Source of the DNA: Macrostomum lignano
Taxonomy: Eukaryota
Direction of reading: 5' to 3'
Assembly (NCBI GenBank): GCA_002269645.1
Contig: NIVC01001604.1
Coordinates: 62,001-126,000 of the forward strand
DNA length: 64,000 nucleotides
Shown: piece after piece, positions 13,063-26,469 of the stretch
Numbering within the stretch: position 1 is the stretch's first letter
How the letters are laid out: each line of letters opens with the position of its first letter
The notes under the pieces: model-generated
What the model saw: the letters and a program-made list of their open reading frames with translations, nothing else
Told to the model about the DNA's origin: nothing
The model's database searches: none
Made by a program: the position numbers and the translations under genes

Positions 13063-14182
13063 GAATAATATTTATATGGTACGTTATAAAGCGATCATAT
13101 GAGAAACGAAGTTGCCAACAAAAAAAACAAATATTTGTGCAAACTAAATATGCAAAAATTTGTATACATAGTGTTACTATGCTATATTAGCTAATGGAAA
13201 AAAATTAATAAATGAATTTTGCAATGAATAATTTTATTTTGCAAAGCTTTAAAGTAGATAATAGATTTTAGTTGAATGAAATTACATATTTTAATATTTA
13301 TTTGTTATACTTATATTGTTGCTACAAATACTAAAACCGGATAAAAGGCGAACTGGATTGGTAAGAATGTTAGTGTAAAAATTATATAATACTGTAAAAA
13401 GTATTTGACAGATTAATAATATATACAGTTTATTTTTTTTTTATTTTTAAAAATACTTCAATCGCAAACTGCATGAAACTGAGTTTGAAAGTTATTGGAT
13501 CATTCATTTTAACCATTTTAAATAATGGACAATCATTAAAACATTTTATATGGCGAACTTACCGATCATGCAATATGATGTAGATTCCGAGGAAAACTTC
13601 AGACCGATTGACAATAGAAGCAAAACCTTGCCTTCTGCGTGCAATGTCATGCATAGTTGTATACGCACCTTAATGTACCGTGGTTGTTTGGCTCCAGTGC
13701 AAATATTTGTCAATTATATCTCAGAACAAAACAAATTTGCTCAAAATTAACCTGCTTTATTTCAAATGCACGTACACGAATACAAATCTAAGCACAGCTG
13801 TACTACTCCTGTTATTACATGTACATGGGCATGTGAATGCAAGTCATCTATTTTTCTTTCATTAGGAATTATGACTACATGCATGTACACTGTAATTGAA
13901 GTTACAAAAATGAAATATAAAATTTGTAAATTGTTATGGCGCAACTCGATATTTAAATTGACTCTTGAAATTCTCTAATTATGCAGTTATTGTGTGACGA
14001 ATAAGGCGAATAAGACGGATTTGTGTAGCGGTTAATTTAGATAGTTCACGATCAGTTAGCAGATCGGCAAGCCGCTTCAACCCTTAGACTTTTGCTACTT
14101 AAAATTGCTGGATCAGTTAATTAACTAATTGGTGTGCCAAGGTAGACGGCGGAAGAGTTGGTGTAAGGAGGCTAACCCTTAA

Positions 14183-14216
14183 CGCTAACCCTTAGCGTCA
14201 CAGCTAAGGGTTAGCG
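14183..14216. other. Perfect 14-bp-stem hairpin with telomere-like arms
   Basis: cgctaacccttagc-gtcaca-gctaagggttagcg, preceded by gctaacccttaac and followed by CTAG at 14220. Confidence 0.7.
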
Positions 14217-15252
14217 AGCCTAGGTCGAGAAGCGAAGCAAGGGGAAGGACGAGAGCGGCTGCTGACTGCAGTGTAAGCATATATTTAAAGGTAAACAGAT
14301 AACAAAAACACCCATAATCCAAAACCCAGACAAACAACCCCCCACGCGGCGCGCAATGTACGTGTACAAATTAATCGATAAATATATCATGCAAGAATAA
14401 CATACGTCAGTACAAGTACATAGGTAGAACTACTTTACGGGAAATAATAACGATATGAATGAAATACAAATAATAGAATAAATACATACGAGGCTACAAA
14501 AACAAAGCAATTAACAGTAAAAATAGCGCGATAATAATACGTACGAATATTGTTAAAATTAAAATGAAAGAATACAGTAGTAGTACGGTATGCATATGAA
14601 AATAAAAAAAATAGGATACACGCTTCTACAAATCACACTGTCACAATTGCTAGCGCGGGAACCTTGACTTTGGACAACTGTTTATGTACATGTACATGTA
14701 CGTGTACGTACATGTAGTTGAGATTCTTGCGCGCATATCTGAAGTGTTGCAGCGGTATTTATCTATGGATTTAGATATTTATATACGCGGGTTCTCTTCT
14801 TTTCGCGGAGCTCCGGTCTGCACACATTTTCACTAACATGTTATTGCAAGTTATTCCATTAAAACATGTACATTTACGAGTGTATAGAATGCACAATAAT
14901 AGCATTTATTTTATCTTTTTCGTTTATTTATAAATAAATTTTGCAATACAATATTCAGCGACTTTATCAATTGCATTGGATAATGAAATACATGACAAAA
15001 ACATCTACAAAGACAAGTTTTCAGGCAGCTTTCAGGTGCATGTACTCGAAGGTGATGGAAATGAAAAGTGCAAATTCTACCGGAGCTGTTACTGGATTGT
15101 TCGCAACTCAATGAATGCATAAGTGATGCACAAATTCCACGCAGTAATAAAGATCACAATTTAATATGTGCTTCCGCATTGTGGCTAAAAGACGCCCAAT
15201 GTACAGCACACTTCACGCAGGCGCCTGTCACGGTTCTGCTGGCACCCAGCTC

Positions 15253-16760
15253 TCAGCCGACTTTTGCTCTCCTGTTTCTCTCGCTCGCCCGCCACTCGTA
15301 CGACAGGGCATCGCGGAGCACCTGGACTGGGCCATCGGTCCAGTAAGCCAGCCAGTAGGTGGCCAGCGGCAGCGCCAGCCAGGCTGCGCCGACAACAAAG
15401 ACAAAGTCGCTGGCCGTGCTGTCTTTGTTGAATCGGGTCACCGTGAAGCTGAGATGGACGGTGGTTTGAAAATTGTGTGGCTTACAGAAACTGAATTATG
15501 TCCACAGGTTCCAGCGGTGCTACAGGTGGGGTTCCAGCGGTGCTACAGGCGGTTCCAGCGGTGCTACAGGCGGGGTTCCAGCGGTGCTGCAGGTGGGGTT
15601 CCAGCGGTGCTGCAGGTGGGATTCCAGCGGTGCTACAGGTGGGGTTCCAGCGGTGCTGCAGGTGGCATTCCAGCGGTGTTACAGGTGGTATTCCAGCGGT
15701 GCTACAGGTGGTATTCCAGCGGTGCTACAGGTGGTATTCCAGCGGTGCTACAGGTGGGGTTCCAGCGGTGCTGCAGGTGGCATTCCAGCGGTGTTACAGG
15801 TGGTATTCCAGCGGTGCTACAGGTGGTATTCCAGCGGTGCTACAGGTGGTATTCCAGCGGTGCTACAGGTGGGGTTCCAGCGGTGCTACAGGTGGGTTTC
15901 CAGCGGTGCTACAGGTGGGGCTCCAGCGGTGCTACAGGTGGGATTCCAGCGGTGCTACAGGTGGTATTCCAGCGGTGCTACAGGTGGGGTTCCAGCGGTG
16001 CTACAGGTGGTGGGATTCCAGCGGTGCTACAGGTGGTGGGATTCCAGCGGTGCTACAGGTGGTGGGATTCCAGCGGTGCTACAGGTGGTGGGTTTCCAGC
16101 GGTGCTACAGGTGGGATTCCAGCGGTGCTACAGGTGGTATTCCAGCGGTGCTACAGGTGGTGGGATTCCAGCGGTGCTACAGGTGGTGGGATTCCAGCGG
16201 TGCTACAGGTGGTGGGTTTCCAGCGGTGCTACAGGTGGGATTCCAGCGGTGCTACAGGTGGTATTCCAGCGGTGCTACAGGTGGTGGGATTCCAGCGGTG
16301 CTACAGGTGGTGGGATTCCAGCGGTGCTACAGGTGGTGGGATTCCAGCGGTGCTACAGGTGGTGGGATTCCAGCGGTGCTACAGGTGGTGGGATTCCAGC
16401 GGTGCTACAGGTGGTGGGTTTCCAGCGGTGCTACAGGTGGTATTCCAGCGGTGCTACAGGTGGGGCTCCAGCGGTGCTACAGGTGGGGCTCCAGCGGTGC
16501 TACAGGTGGGGCTCCAGCGGTGCTACAGGTGGGGCTCCAGCGGTGCTATAGGTGGGGCTCCAGCGGTGCTACAGGTGGGATTCCAGCGGTGCTACAGGTG
16601 GGATTCCAGCGGTGCTACAGGTGGTGGGATTCCAGCGGTGCTACAGGTGGGGCTCCAGCTCCCACATGAGATTAACTCACTCCATAAAATATCCCAGGCA
16701 GAGCAGGATGGCGGCAAAGGCACCCACGGCCAGCACCGAGTACTTCAGCGAGAGACTCAT
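15253..16760 (-). CDS. Orphan 91-aa small protein with two predicted transmembrane segments, 2 exons
   Basis: Exon 16760-16681 (gccATG, in-frame TGA just upstream, donor GA|gtgagt) joins exon 15448-15253 (acceptor ccatctcag) in phase 2. Protein: MSLSLKYSVLAVGAFAAILLCLGYFMDFTVTRFNKDSTASDFVFVVGAAWLALPLATYWLAYWTDGPVQVLRDALSYEWRASERNRRAKVG. The intron is filled by a minisatellite. Confidence 0.75.
15507..16660 (+). repeat. 23/26-bp minisatellite (ttccagcggtgctacaggtgg..), intron of the 91-aa gene
   Basis: Read directly; source of the spurious 400-aa ORFs here. Confidence 0.95.
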
Positions 16761-17211
16761 GGCGATTGTTCAACAGCTGCGTATTTCCGACGCAGGTATT
16801 GCGAGTAGTTTGAGTTCCAATCCTTCTTGACCTGCGTCTTTCTGTTGAGGAATTTTCAGCCTATATCAGAGGTAAAGCAGCTGTAAGCTTCATCAGTGCC
16901 ACTTCATCCCCTCCCTGTACACCGGTTGTCACGGTTACCACCGTTCTCTCTGTTTTCTTTCCATGAGCATGAGAATGAGCACGGGAGAATGTACGGCCGT
17001 GAGAGCTCCGTGAGAGCCTCTGCATTGTTTGCCCCTCTTCAACGGGCTGTTGAGCAATGCCCTGTGCCGCTGCATTGCCGAGTTGTACCGCATTTCAAGC
17101 CATTCTGCCTACTGATAGTAGCAAAGGACTGTTGCTTTCATTATTGTTTGGAATTTATGGCTGTGGGTGATCGTCATTCTGGCAGCCGCCTTCAATCGTT
17201 TGGGAGATTCT

Positions 17212-17785
17212 CTGAGGTGGATGAGGGAGATTCTCTGAGGTGGATGAGGGAGATTCTCTGAGGTGGATGAGGGAGATTCTCTGAGGTGGATGAGGGAGAT
17301 TCTGTGAGGTTGGTGAGGGTGATTCTATGGGGTGGATGAGGGAGATTCTCTGAGGTGGATGAGGGAGATTCTCTGAGGTGGATGAGGGAGATTCTGTGGG
17401 GTGGATGAGGGAGATTCTGTGGGGTGGATGAGGGAGATTCTGTGGGGTGGATGAGGGAGATTCTGTGGGGTGGATGAGGGAGATTCTGTGAGTGGATGAG
17501 GGAGATTCTGTGATGTTGGTGAGGGAGATTCTGTGAGTGGATGAGGGAGATTCTGTGATGTTGGTGAGGGAGATTCTGTGGGGTGGATGAGGCAGATTCT
17601 GTGGGGTGGATGAGGGAGATTCTGTGAGTGGATGAGGGAGATTCTGTGAGTGGATGAGGGAGATTCTGTGGTGTTGGTGAGGGAGATTCTGTGGGTGGAT
17701 GAGGGAGATTTTGTGAGGTGGATGAGGGAGATTCTGTGGGGTGGTTGACGGAGATTCTGTGGTGTTGGTGACGGAGATTCTGTGA
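17212..17785 (+). repeat. 23-bp minisatellite (ggtggatgagggagattctgtgg)
   Basis: Read directly. Confidence 0.92.
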
Positions 17786-18189
17786 GTTTTGAGAGATTTC
17801 CTAACGGTGCCTTGAGTGCTGGGACCTGGAGACGAGTTTATCACCGGGGCAGCAGAGACTGCAACTGCACACACAGCGGGTTCGCAGCAGAAATTACTGC
17901 ATGGGCAACTCATTTTGCCGAGGACACACGCGGGCTGCATTTTCCGACTCTCCACTGAGAGTTGGCAAATAACGGCTTCTGATTGGCTGGCTGCGCGCTA
18001 ATCCGGCATGAGAGCTGATAAAACTGCCGCCCGTGAGCTCTCCTGCCTCTTAGAACGCCAGCTTCACCTGTAAACTTCCTAAGAAAGGTGAGTCGGTCTA
18101 AATGATAAAAATAATCATTTGCATAATCCTCAATACTTAACTATCAATCATTTGAGTCCAGAAGATCCGCAGTTTCCAAGGCTCCAGTC

Positions 18190-21142
<2,953 letters not shown>

Positions 21143-21534
21143 GTGCCGTCTTCAGCGGGACCTCATCGATTTTCGTGACTCCAAAACCGGACATGTTTTT
21201 TCATTCATTGCCCAAAATTTTGAAAATGGGGAATAAAGTGAGGCTGCATGGGATCCTGATTTCCGATGGGCAGTGTAGGGTAATCTGTTTTTTGTTTTAA
21301 TGAGCTCGGATATACTGAAAGCCCATCTATCTTTATATCAACTGTACATGCCTTCTGCTTTAGATACACTTGCGAGTTTCTGGTAATTAGTGAAATGCGG
21401 ATTAAGAACTTCTCTTGTTAACTGTACATGTAAAACTGAATTTGTAATTGCCGGATTTCAACTCATTTGAGTAATGGATTTGAATACATTGTATTTGTAA
21501 GATTTTCACATAGGTTTGAATTCTGATCAATGCG

Positions 21535-22295
21535 CCAGTGTCAGTGTCAGTCAGTGTCAGTGTCAGTGAGTGTCAGGGCCAGTCAGTGTCAGTGTCAGTC
21601 AGTGTCAGTCGTGTCAGTCAGTGTCAGTCGGTGTCAGTCAGTGTCAGTCGCTGCCAGTCGGTTTCAGTCAGTGTCAGTCGTGTCAGTCAGTGTCAGTCGG
21701 TGTCAGTCAGTGTCAGTCGTGTCAGTCGGTGTCAGTCGGTGTCAGTCAGTGTCAGTCGTGTCAGTCGGTGTCAGTCGGTGTCAGTCGGTGTCAGTCTGTA
21801 AGTGTCAGGGCCAGTCAGTGTCAGTCGGTGTCAGTCAGTGTCAGTCGCTGCCAGTCGGTTTCAGTCAGTGTCAGTCGGTGTCAGTCAGTGTCAGTCAGTG
21901 TCAGTCGTGTCAGTCGGTGTCGGTCAGTGTCAGTCTGTAAGTGTCAGGGCCAGTCAGTGTCAGTCGGTGTCAGTCAGTGTCAGTCGCTGCCAGTCGGTTT
22001 CAGTCAGTGTCAGTCGGTGTCAGTCAGTGTCAGTCAGTGTCAGTCGTGTCAGTCGGTGTCGGTCAGTGTCAGTCGGTGTCAGTCAGTGTCAGTCGCTGCC
22101 AGTCGGTGTCAGTCGGTGTCAGTCAGTGTCAGTCGTGTCAGTCGGTGTCAGTCGGTGTCAGTCGGTGTTGCAGTCGTGTCAGTCAGTGACAGTGAGTGTC
22201 AGGGTCAGTTAGTGTCAGGGCCAGTCAATGTCAGTTAGTGTCAGTCGGTGTCAGTGAGTGCCAGTGTCAGCCCCTGGTGTCAGTCAGTCAGTGAC
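21535..22295. repeat. Complex GTCA/GTGTCA compound microsatellite with internal block duplications
   Basis: The block tgtaagtgtcagggccagtcag..gtcgctgccagtcggtttcag recurs near 21795 and 21935. Confidence 0.9.
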
Positions 22296-22844
22296 GTCAG
22301 TCCCGTTTCGTCGGGAGGTCAGCAAGTATGTAAATTTTACTCATAGTCGCAAAGCGGTTCCAAAAGGCCCAGAACTGTACGGCAAGCTACAATGAAGAGG
22401 CGGCTTAAATCCACCCCACCGCCTTCCCATCAGCGGTTTTATTGTTAGCAACGGCCAAACAGCAGTACCTGGCCGGCCGGGAGCAAAGGACGGGATATTT
22501 CGCTAGTCTCAAGAGCTCAGATCCCAATTGCTAAACGGGAGGCGGGCGGTGGGAAGGCAGTCCGATGATGGCGCTAGCCCAGACTTTGGCAACACCTGCT
22601 GGAAATTTTCAAATGATGCGAGACAGCAGCGCCCCCCAGGTCGGGAGAGCGACTGCAGGTGAGGCAGGGTGAGTGCTTGTGGGAGCGGCCTGCAATCAGC
22701 TGTCAATTGCCAGCAAGGCGATATAATGAGTTGATTGTTGAGCAGATATGCATAATGAATATTTTTAATGATGGGAACTCAGCGAGCACTTTTGGAGCCG
22801 GTAAACACGAAAAACGCTTCTTGGAATTCTCAGGCTGAGCCACC

Positions 22845-23185
22845 GCCCTCCCAGATCCTCAGTTGCTGTACCAGCCTCCCAGATCCTCAGTTGCTGGGCC
22901 AGCCTCCCAGATCCTCAGTTGCTGGGCCAGACTCCCAGATCCTCAGTTGCTGGGCCAGACTCCCAGATCCTCAGTTGCTGGGCCAGCCTCCCAGATCCTC
23001 AGTTGCTGGGCCAGCCTCCCAGATCCTCAGTTGCTGGGCCAGCCTTCCAGATCCTCAGTTGCTGGGCCAGACTCCCAGATCCTCAGTTGCTGGGCCAGCC
23101 TCCCAGACCCTCAGTTGCTGGGCCAGCCTCCCAAACCCTCAGTTGCTGGGCCAGCCTCCCAGATCCTCAGTTGCTGGGCCAAGCT
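22845..23185 (+). repeat. 28-bp minisatellite, family A, intergenic copy
   Basis: Same unit as 1793-1965. Confidence 0.92.
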
Positions 23186-23608
23186 GCAGTCCCCAAAGCA
23201 GACACAGGAAAGGCAACTGCAGGTGTTAGGGCAGGCGCTGCCCCAGACGCGAACAATCACAAGCCCAAATTAATGATGCAAGGCATACGCGTGTATTTGA
23301 TGAGCGGCTGCAAGTCGATCATGAATTATAATTTAGATATTTATGAGCAATTTATAACTATAATAAAGCATATGATTTATAAGGCAATGTAGTTATAAAT
23401 TTAGCAGCGCTGTGGCCTCCAGTAAAAGTGATTGATTTATTGGCGAGCAGTGGAGGGTCAGCCGGGCAGTCAGTGGCATCGCATCTGTACAGCGACTCGC
23501 GCAAACACAAATATTGGAAGCGGAGGGTCTTGGACGCGGAGCTGAACTTTTGAAGGCCCTTTGAATAGAAACTGAAGCTTTGGCTATGGGAAACGCTGGA
23601 CCGTTTTA

Positions 23609-24800
23609 CTAATTGGACAGTGGAAAATTCCATGAGCTACAACTGGAGACAAACTAATTGGACAGTGGAAATTCCATGAGCTACAACTGGAGACAAACTA
23701 ATTGGACAGTGGAAAATTCCATGAGCTACAACTGGAGACAAACTAATTGGACAGTGGAAAATTCCATGAGCTACAACTGGAGACAAACTAATTGGACAGT
23801 GGAAATTCCATGAGCTACAACTGGAGACAAACTAATTGGACAGTGGAAAATTCCATGAGCTACAACTGGAGACAAACTAATTGGACAGTGGAAATTCCAT
23901 GAGCTACAACTGGAGACAAACTAATTGGACAGTGGAAATTCCATGAGCTACAACTGGAGACAAACTAATTGGACAGTGGAAAATTCCATGAGCTACAACT
24001 GGAGACAAACTAATTGGACAGTGGAAAATTCCATGAGCTACAACTGGAGACAAACTAATTGGACAGTGGAAATTCCATGAGCTACAACTGGAGACAAACT
24101 AATTGGACAGTGGAAAATTCCATGAGCTACAACTGGAGACAAACTAATTGGACAGTGGAAAATTCCATGAGCTACAACTGGAGACAAACTAATTGGACAG
24201 TGGAAATTCCATGAGCTACAACTGGAGACAAACTAATTGGACAGTGGAAATTCCATAAGCTACAACTGGAGACAAACTAATTGGACAGTGGAAATTCCAT
24301 GAGCTACAACTGGAGACAAACTAATTGGACAGTGGAAAATTCCATGAGCTACAACTGGAGACAAACTAATTGGACAGTGGAAAATTCCATGAGCTACAAC
24401 TGGAGACAAACTAATTGGACAGTGGAAAATTCCATGAGCTACAACTGGAGACAAACTAATTGGACAGTGGAAATTCCATGAGCTACAACTGGAGACAAAC
24501 TAATTGGACAGTGGAAAATTCCATGAGCTACAACTGGAGACAAACTAATTGGACAGTGGAAAATTCCATGAGCTACAACTGGAGACAAACTAATTGGACA
24601 GTGGAAAATTCCATGAGCTACAACTGGAGACAAACTAATTGGACAGTGGAAAATTCCATGAGCTACAACTGGAGACAAACTAATTGGACAGTGGAAAATT
24701 CCATGAGCTACAACTGGAGACAAACTAATTGGACAGTGGAAAATTCCATGAGCTACAACTGGAGACAAACTAATTGGACAGTGGAAATTCCATGAGCTAC
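23609..24800 (+). repeat. 44/45-bp minisatellite (~26 units) carrying TGGAAA(A)TTCCA
   Basis: Unit taattggacagtggaaaattccatgagctacaactggagacaaac; units differ mainly by one A. Confidence 0.97.
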
Positions 24801-25299
24801 AGAGGCACACAGAAACACGCGGAAGACCGCAACAAGAGCAGCAGCAGGGGCTTTAAGAACAGATCTGTGGAACCCGAAAGTCAGAGAACCCCCAGTCAGC
24901 AGGATTAGGAAGCATTAAACCATTAGTAAAACACGATATATGCATATCAAGTGAAGGAAAGAGAGCATGCTACTCATCAGTAGTAATGCAAGGTTAGTAA
25001 AAAGTAGTAAACAGCGCGAGTTGCTAGCGGAGAGGATATATTCAGCACTAAGCCGGTCACTGATCAGCCAGTGACACCAAGAATTTGAATACACAGTTTG
25101 TACATGCAGTAAGTTACATGCATAAATAGATATGCCAGCATCACAATACATCAGATATTGCTTTGACAGAATTGGGCGCGAATAGCAAAAATAGAGGGTC
25201 TGGGGCGACTGGAGATGCCTTGAATCATGAGGGGCATGGAGAGAGTGAGATCGATTGAGAGACTGAAGGAGAGAAAGAGAGAGAGGGAGAGAGGGGAGG

Positions 25300-26370
25300 A
25301 GAGAGATAGAACAAGAGAGTGAGATAAAATGAGAGATGGAACAAGAGAGTGAGATACAATGAGAGATGGAACAAGAGAGTGAGATACAATGAGAGATGGA
25401 ACAAGAGAGTGAGATACAATGAGAGATGGAACAAGAGAGTGAGATACAATGAGAGATGGAACAAGAGAGTGAGATACAATGAGAGATGGAACAAGAGAGT
25501 GAGATACAATGAGAGATGGAACAAGAGAGTGAGATACAATGAGAGATGGAACAAGAGAGTGAGATACAATGAGAGATGGAACAAGAGAGTGAGATACAAT
25601 GAGAGATGGAACAAGAGAGTGAGATACAATGAGAGATGGAACAAGAGAGTGAGATACAATGAGAGATGGAACAAGAGAGTGAGATACAATGAGAGATGGA
25701 ACAAGAGAGTGAGATACAATGAGAGATGGAACAAGAGAGTGAGATACAATGAGAGATGGAACAAGAGAGTGAGATACAATGAGAGATGGAACAAGAGAGT
25801 GAGATACAATGAGAGATGGAACAAGAGAGTGAGATACAATGAGAGATGGAACAAGAGAGTGAGATACAATGAGAGATGGAACAAGAGAGTGAGATACAAT
25901 GAGAGATGGAACAAGAGAGTGAGATACAATGAGAGATGGAACAAGAGAGTGAGATACAATGAGAGATGGAACAAGAGAGTGAGATACAATGAGAGATGGA
26001 ACAAGAGAGTGAGATACAATGAGAGATGGAACAAGAGAGTGAGATACAATGAGAGATGGAACAAGAGAGTCAGATACAATGAGAGATGGAACAAGAGAGT
26101 GAGATACAATGAGAGATGGAACAAGAGAGTCAGATACAATGAGAGATGGAACAAGAGAGTGAGATACAATGAGAGATGGAACAAGAGAGTGAGATACAAT
26201 GAGAGATGGAACAAGAGAGTGAGATACAATGAGAGATGGAACAAGAGAGTGAGATACAATGAGAGATGGAACAAGAGAGTCAGATACAATGAGAGATGGA
26301 ACAAGAGAGTCAGATACAATGAGAGATGGAACAAGAGAGTGAGATACAATGAGAGATGGAACAAGAGAGC
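25300..26370 (+). repeat. 30-bp purine-rich minisatellite, nearly homogeneous (~35 units)
   Basis: Unit gagatacaatgagagatggaacaagagagt, just 3' of the MYPT stop codon. Confidence 0.97.
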
Positions 26371-26469
26371 GAAATAGAATTGGGGATAATGAGACAGTGA
26401 GAAATGAGAGATGGACTTGGGAGCAGAGAACCGGGCGAGCGCGCAGCGAGAAGCAGTCACGGGAGCGGC

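Noticed and set aside
14170-14196. CTAACCCTTAAC as a telomerase RNA template
   Set aside because: It has an extra T relative to a TTAGGG template, and no other telomerase RNA features are visible.
15166-16808. Three ~400-460-aa plus-strand ORFs
   Set aside because: They read through the minisatellite; the real gene is on the minus strand.
23609-24800. Regular 44/45-bp array resembling CRISPR
   Set aside because: There are no unique spacers, the units are contiguous copies, and the context is eukaryotic with no cas genes.
22330-25250. GC-richer islands with splice-like motifs (22.3-22.7, 23.4-23.6 and 24.8-24.9 kb)
   Set aside because: I could not assemble a consistent frame or recognise a domain; they may be MYPT 3'UTR (minus-strand AATAAA near 23.44 and 22.44 kb). 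Unresolved rather than excluded.
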